Part shown: positions 60,148 to 64,000 of the stretch, in pieces | Position numbering within the stretch: position 1 is the first letter of the stretch | Layout: each line of letters opens with the position of its first letter | Made by a program: the position numbers and the translations under genes | From: Candidatus Woesebacteria bacterium | Lineage (GTDB): Bacteria; Patescibacteriota; Microgenomatia; UBA1400; PJMF01 | Direction of reading: 5' to 3' | Assembly: GCA_050123235.1 (NCBI GenBank) | Contig: JASFHL010000002.1 | Location: 79,326 to 143,325 of the forward strand | DNA: 64,000 bases | Notes under the pieces: model-generated | Database searches by the model: none | The model's input: only the letters and a program-made list of their open reading frames with translations | What the model was told of the DNA's origin: nothing

Positions 60148-60221
60148 CGGAGAGTAGCTCAGATGGCTAGAGCGCACGCTTTGGGAGCGTGAGGCCGCAG
60201 GTTCAAGTCCTGTCTCTCCGA
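60148..60221 (+). tRNA. tRNA-Pro (anticodon GGG)
   Basis: CGGAGAGTAGCTCAGATGGCTAGAGC…, anticodon stem ACGCT/AGCGT with loop TT-GGG-AG, T-arm GCAGGTTCAAGTCCTGT. Track ORFs 59958..60140 and 59983..60177 are spurious. Confidence 0.8.
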
Positions 60222-60230
60222 CTTTTTAAA

Positions 60231-60509
60231 ATGGAATACAGTCCAAAATTAGATCACCTTCCTTTTCCAATATTCCCAGTGCCTGATGTAATAAATCTAC
60301 AAACTATACATCAGCTAACAGCTTTAGTTGGCGTGCTAATCTGCTCGATTATTGGTTTATCGCTTCTTTTAAGTAGACAACAATCTGAGTCAGATAGAGC
60401 TCATACTTTGATGACACTATCAGCAGCTTTTGGTTTACTAGGAATTTATCTGCCTATATTAATTTTGCTAATTGAAGGATTGGAATTAATAGAAAAGCTA
60501 AGATCATGA
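60231..60509 (+). CDS. Hypothetical small membrane protein
   Basis: The track ORF starts inside tRNA-Pro, so the start is reassigned to ATG at 60231. Two hydrophobic helices. Confidence 0.35.
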   Translation: MEYSPKLDHLPFPIFPVPDVINLQTIHQLTALVGVLICSIIGLSLLLSRQQSESDRAHTLMTLSAAFGLLGIYLPILILLIEGLELIEKLRS

Positions 60510-60549
60510 AACATTTTTTATCAGAATATTCTCATGTTAAAATTAACTT

Positions 60550-60792
60550 ATGTCACTCAAACACATCCGCACCATCCGTCCACCAACCTCAGCCAAAACA
60601 GCTACTCCCGTTGCTAACAAAACTCAAGCCTATCAATCTCAAATCGATCAATTAAGTAAAGAAAGACAGCGATTAAAGATTGCAGAAGCTCACGCTAGCC
60701 CTGAAATCAAAAAAACTCTTTCACAAAGAGGAGAGTCTATTGAAAGAAGAATTGGAAACTTACAAGATAAAGTAAAAAATAATTTCTATTAA
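60550..60792 (+). CDS. Hypothetical small protein
   Basis: ORF only. Confidence 0.3.
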   Translation: MSLKHIRTIRPPTSAKTATPVANKTQAYQSQIDQLSKERQRLKIAEAHASPEIKKTLSQRGESIERRIGNLQDKVKNNFY

Positions 60793-60833
60793 AGACTCTT
60801 CTTTTAAATTTTTAGCAATTGAGGATACTTTAA

Positions 60834-61382
60834 TCAACGCCCAAATTTTCTATCAAGCCAGTTTTGGTATAAAGTTACATTGTGAATAAACTTAATAGTA
60901 TCAACATTGATATGCAATCTATCCAACAAAAGAAATAATAAAGGGATATACCATTCTGTACCATCTTGGATATTTAACTTATGCTTTTGTAGCTCCGTCA
61001 GAAACGTAGGCTTCAATATAGGTCTTGTCAACATAAATCTCATTAAGACGGCATCTTCATCCGTAAGGGCTAATTTGTACTTTCGGATTAATAAATCTCG
61101 ATGTGCAGACTTAGCATCAGCTGCTATACCTCCGGCCCATGGGCCTGTCAAACATAGAAAGGATCTTTCACCAGATGCTTTTTTGTGAATAGCCCCTATT
61201 TGATATCTTAACTTAAGATTACTAAAGCTAGCTACGGTAATTTCTCTTACTACAGGTCTAGTAGCAAGATCCAATTCCCATAATAAAAAATCCAGCCATC
61301 TTTCTTCTGAAAGAAGACAGGCTGGTTCAGGTAGCCGATATTTCCTTTTTTCTATCGGTGCCCAAATTACTCCTTCTTTCAT
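60834..61382 (-). CDS. Hypothetical protein
   Basis: ORF only; no motif I can name with confidence. Confidence 0.35.
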   Translation of the reverse strand: MKEGVIWAPIEKRKYRLPEPACLLSEERWLDFLLWELDLATRPVVREITVASFSNLKLRYQIGAIHKKASGERSFLCLTGPWAGGIAADAKSAHRDLLIRKYKLALTDEDAVLMRFMLTRPILKPTFLTELQKHKLNIQDGTEWYIPLLFLLLDRLHINVDTIKFIHNVTLYQNWLDRKFGR

Positions 61383-61490
61383 ATATTTTTCAATTAAATT
61401 CCTTCAGATTACAGTTTTTGTAATGTTCCTTTATTATATTCTAACTAGCAACTTTTAAACCTATAAATTAAAAAATTCTAATTATTATCT

Positions 61491-62939
61491 ATGCCTCTTC
61501 AAACTCTCCAGCATTGCTACGGCTATCAAAATTTCCGTTCTGGTCAACTAGATATTATTAATTCTATTTTAAAAAAAAATGATACTTTAGCAGTTTTACC
61601 CACTGGAGGTGGTAAATCTATTTGTTTTCAAATCCCTGGATTGATGTTAGCGGGCACTACTATAGTAATCTCACCTTTAATTTCTTTAATGAAAGATCAA
61701 GTGGATACTTTAGTCAAAAAAAATATTACGGCTACTTATATTAATAGTTCATTAAATCAAACAGAACTAGAAAAAAGATTGGAACTCATTAGTAAACAGG
61801 CATATAAATTTATTTATCTTGCTCCAGAAAGGTTAAAAAATAAAAGTTTTCTAAAAGCTTGTCAAAAAATAAAAATCCCTTTGATCGCTGTTGATGAAGC
61901 TCATTGCATTTCTATGTGGGGACATGAGTTTCGTCCTAGTTATCGAGAGATAAATCAATTTCTAAAAAAATTATCTTCCCGACCAATTATAACGACCTTT
62001 ACTGCGACGGCTACTAAAGTTGTTATTAAAGATATTATCAATATTCTTCAATTAAACAAAGTAAAACAATTTGTTAAAAGTTTTAAAAGGGATAATCTAA
62101 GAATTATAGTTAAATATTGTATTAGTCAATTTGAAAAAGATCTTTTCCTACTGCGAATTTTAAAAAAACACCAGCAGCAAGCTGGCATCATCTATACAGC
62201 TACTCGTAAAAAAGCAGAATATTTAGCTCAATTAATTAATTTTTTAAATTTTAAAGATAAACAAGAAGTCTTATATTATCATGGCGGTATGAATAGTGAA
62301 GAAAGAACTTATGTTCAGGAACAATTTCTAAATGATAAAATCAAATTAATTGTAGCCACTAATGCCTTTGGGATGGGAGTAGATAAAGCTAATATCAGAT
62401 TTATTATCCATTACCAAATCCCTGGAAACATTGAAAACTATTATCAGGAAGCAGGAAGAGCAGGCCGAGATAGAAAAGCATCTCATTGTTATTTACTTTT
62501 TCAAGCTAAAGATCTTAACATTCAGATTCAACTGATCAAAAAAAGTTATCCAGATGCAAAGCACCCAAGAAGAGCAGTGGAAATTGACAAACTTAAAGCC
62601 ATGTTGAGATTCGCTAGCATAAGACAATGTCGTCAAGAAACTATTTTAGAATATTTTACTGATAAAAAAGTTGAAAATAGATGTGCCAATTGTGATATTT
62701 GTCTTAATCAAACAATTCAAGTTTCAAAAAAAGAACTTAGCAATCAAAAAAGATTATTAGAATTAAGTCAAATTCTGGCCCAAAAAAACAAAATCCCTCA
62801 AGCTCAAGTCATGAGTAGAAAAATGATTCAATTAATTGCTCTCTTAGAACCACAAAGTAAAAATGATTTCTTAAAAATCGCTGGTATTGGCCATGGTTGG
62901 GTGGAGAAGTGGTATTCAGCTTTTAGTTCAATCTTGTGA
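61491..62939 (+). CDS. recQ: ATP-dependent DNA helicase RecQ (short form, zinc-binding/RQC region present, no HRDC)
   Basis: Motif I LAVLPTGGGKSICFQIP, motif II DEAHCISMWGHEFRP, and RecQ C-terminal Cys cluster C…C…C.NCD.C. Confidence 0.85.
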   Translation: MPLQTLQHCYGYQNFRSGQLDIINSILKKNDTLAVLPTGGGKSICFQIPGLMLAGTTIVISPLISLMKDQVDTLVKKNITATYINSSLNQTELEKRLELISKQAYKFIYLAPERLKNKSFLKACQKIKIPLIAVDEAHCISMWGHEFRPSYREINQFLKKLSSRPIITTFTATATKVVIKDIINILQLNKVKQFVKSFKRDNLRIIVKYCISQFEKDLFLLRILKKHQQQAGIIYTATRKKAEYLAQLINFLNFKDKQEVLYYHGGMNSEERTYVQEQFLNDKIKLIVATNAFGMGVDKANIRFIIHYQIPGNIENYYQEAGRAGRDRKASHCYLLFQAKDLNIQIQLIKKSYPDAKHPRRAVEIDKLKAMLRFASIRQCRQETILEYFTDKKVENRCANCDICLNQTIQVSKKELSNQKRLLELSQILAQKNKIPQAQVMSRKMIQLIALLEPQSKNDFLKIAGIGHGWVEKWYSAFSSIL

Positions 62940-63515
62940 AGTTTCATCGGCTGCTTTGATCAGTTCATTTATTTTATCAACATCGTTAAGCTCACATACT
63001 CCCCATAAACCCAACTGTTTTTCTCTAGCTTGTCTTTCTGCTTCTTTTAATTCATCTTGTTTGGCAATATCTGGCGGAAAACTACGTGCAAAAGCATAAC
63101 CTTCTTCTACTAGGAGTTTGTTTACTAAAACATCTTCTAGCCACACATATCGCAGCAAACGACCATAACGATCAGTTTCACTGACATCTTTTTCCAAAGA
63201 AACAATTTTACCTTCAACTAATTGACGATTATGTTCTGAAGCTTCTTTGCCAAAACATTCTTGTCCTACTCTTGGATCTTTAGTTTCTGGTGTATCTACA
63301 CCAATATATCTCACTTTTCTACCATCACTTAATCTAATAGTATCACCATCGATCACTTCTTCTACTAAAGCCTGCTCATAACCACGCTCATCATCTTCAC
63401 CTAAAACTTGACTTTGCATTTGAAAATTTTTCCATACTTGGATTAAAGATAAAAAAAAGACAAAAATTAAGGAAATCAGAGACAAAGTCTTTTTTACTTT
63501 ACGATAACTTATCAT
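62928..63515 (-). CDS. Thermonuclease (staphylococcal nuclease homolog) with an N-terminal signal/anchor
   Basis: SNase core EVIDGDTIRLSDGRKVRYIGVDTPE…GRLLRYVW and an N-terminal hydrophobic segment. Confidence 0.75.
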   Translation of the reverse strand: MISYRKVKKTLSLISLIFVFFLSLIQVWKNFQMQSQVLGEDDERGYEQALVEEVIDGDTIRLSDGRKVRYIGVDTPETKDPRVGQECFGKEASEHNRQLVEGKIVSLEKDVSETDRYGRLLRYVWLEDVLVNKLLVEEGYAFARSFPPDIAKQDELKEAERQAREKQLGLWGVCELNDVDKINELIKAADETSQD

Positions 63516-63618
63516 ATATCCAAACTAACGCAAATCAGCTCTTAATGTCTAGAAGCAATTAAGTTAAAAATATCTTGAAAAAATTACTTTATCTACAGCA
63601 GTTGCTGAAATTAAAAAG

Positions 63619-63984
63619 CTATAAATCACAAAGCTGATAAAGTTCGCCATCTTTGAAACCGCGTTTGCGATAGTACTCCTTGGTACCAATCGCTGAAATC
63701 ACAGCTAATTTTTTATATCCTGCTTTTCTTGCAATCTGCTTTGCTCTTACTATTAGTCGACTACCTAGACCTAAATGTTGAGCTTTACTTTTTGATTTTT
63801 TACCTAAAGATAAAGCAGGACCATAAACATGGACTTCTCGAATCATGGCAGCCCCTGCTAATTCATCAATAAAATTTGAACTATTAGGCAAACTCAAACG
63901 CAAAAAAGCTAATAATTTTTCCTGTTGAGAAGCTTTCATCTTTTTCACTGGGGCAATGAACTGTAAAAATCGTTCCTCACTCAT
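63619..63984 (-). CDS. GNAT family N-acetyltransferase
   Basis: Acetyl-CoA motif LGLGSRLIVRAKQIARKAGYKKL. Ends 16 nt before the window edge. Confidence 0.55.
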   Translation of the reverse strand: MSEERFLQFIAPVKKMKASQQEKLLAFLRLSLPNSSNFIDELAGAAMIREVHVYGPALSLGKKSKSKAQHLGLGSRLIVRAKQIARKAGYKKLAVISAIGTKEYYRKRGFKDGELYQLCDL

Positions 63985-64000
63985 ACTAGTCTTATATTTA

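Noticed and set aside
60834-61382. A 182-aa minus-strand protein considered as a 3-methyladenine DNA glycosylase (Mpg).
   Set aside because: I could not match the Mpg signature segments by eye, so it is left as hypothetical.
1-64000. CRISPR arrays, integrases, transposases, toxin-antitoxin pairs.
   Set aside because: No short direct-repeat/spacer arrays were seen. No ORF shows tyrosine or serine recombinase, DDE or HUH motifs. The small ORF 45273..45620 has only a vague toxin-like appearance, with no partner.

Overview
The window is 64 kb of AT-rich sequence (about one third G+C by eye), densely packed with short genes and using the standard genetic code (TGA appears as a stop). The gene content looks like a reduced-genome bacterium, possibly of the CPR/Patescibacteria type, but this lineage call is inference only. 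It rests on a compact RNase P RNA, many lysine-rich hypothetical and membrane proteins, and core metabolism grouped into small islands.

Core blocks on the + strand:
- 0.5-10 kb: sugar-phosphate and lower-glycolysis genes (phosphohexomutase, Nudix, IMPase, SIS-type PGI, a divergent PEP-utilizing enzyme, enolase, iPGM).
- 10-24 kb: lexA, pyrG, rplS, a YraN-family gene, xseAB on the minus strand, miaB-miaA.
- 31.7-41 kb: argG, a GNAT acetyltransferase, an amidohydrolase / radical SAM / TIM-barrel hydrolase trio, then salvage genes (PRTase, MTA phosphorylase, upp) and typA.
- 43-50 kb: prs, proS, rpsU, RNase P RNA (rnpB), uppP.
- 52-57 kb, minus strand: an alpha-glucan locus (GT4/5 glycogen-synthase-like, GH57, GH15, BadF-type sugar kinase).
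- 57-64 kb: a Mur ligase plus murC, recQ, a thermonuclease, a GNAT.

Twelve tRNA genes are present: Glu, Cys, Gly, Phe, Val, Lys, three Leu, Arg and Pro. Most lack an encoded CCA.

The stretch that looks accessory and previously undescribed is roughly 25.4-31.4 kb. It sits next to a Gly-Phe-Val tRNA cluster and contains:
- three copies (two about 220 nt, one truncated) of a conserved non-coding repeat sharing a 28-nt core, each lying just 3' of a minus-strand gene;
- two paralogous small proteins with a caspase-like His-Gly / Cys dyad;
- a protein with an N-terminal Mrr-type PD-(D/E)xK restriction-endonuclease domain;
- a 442-aa ORF whose G+C and codon usage are visibly atypical for the window.

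No CRISPR array, integrase or transposase was recognised.
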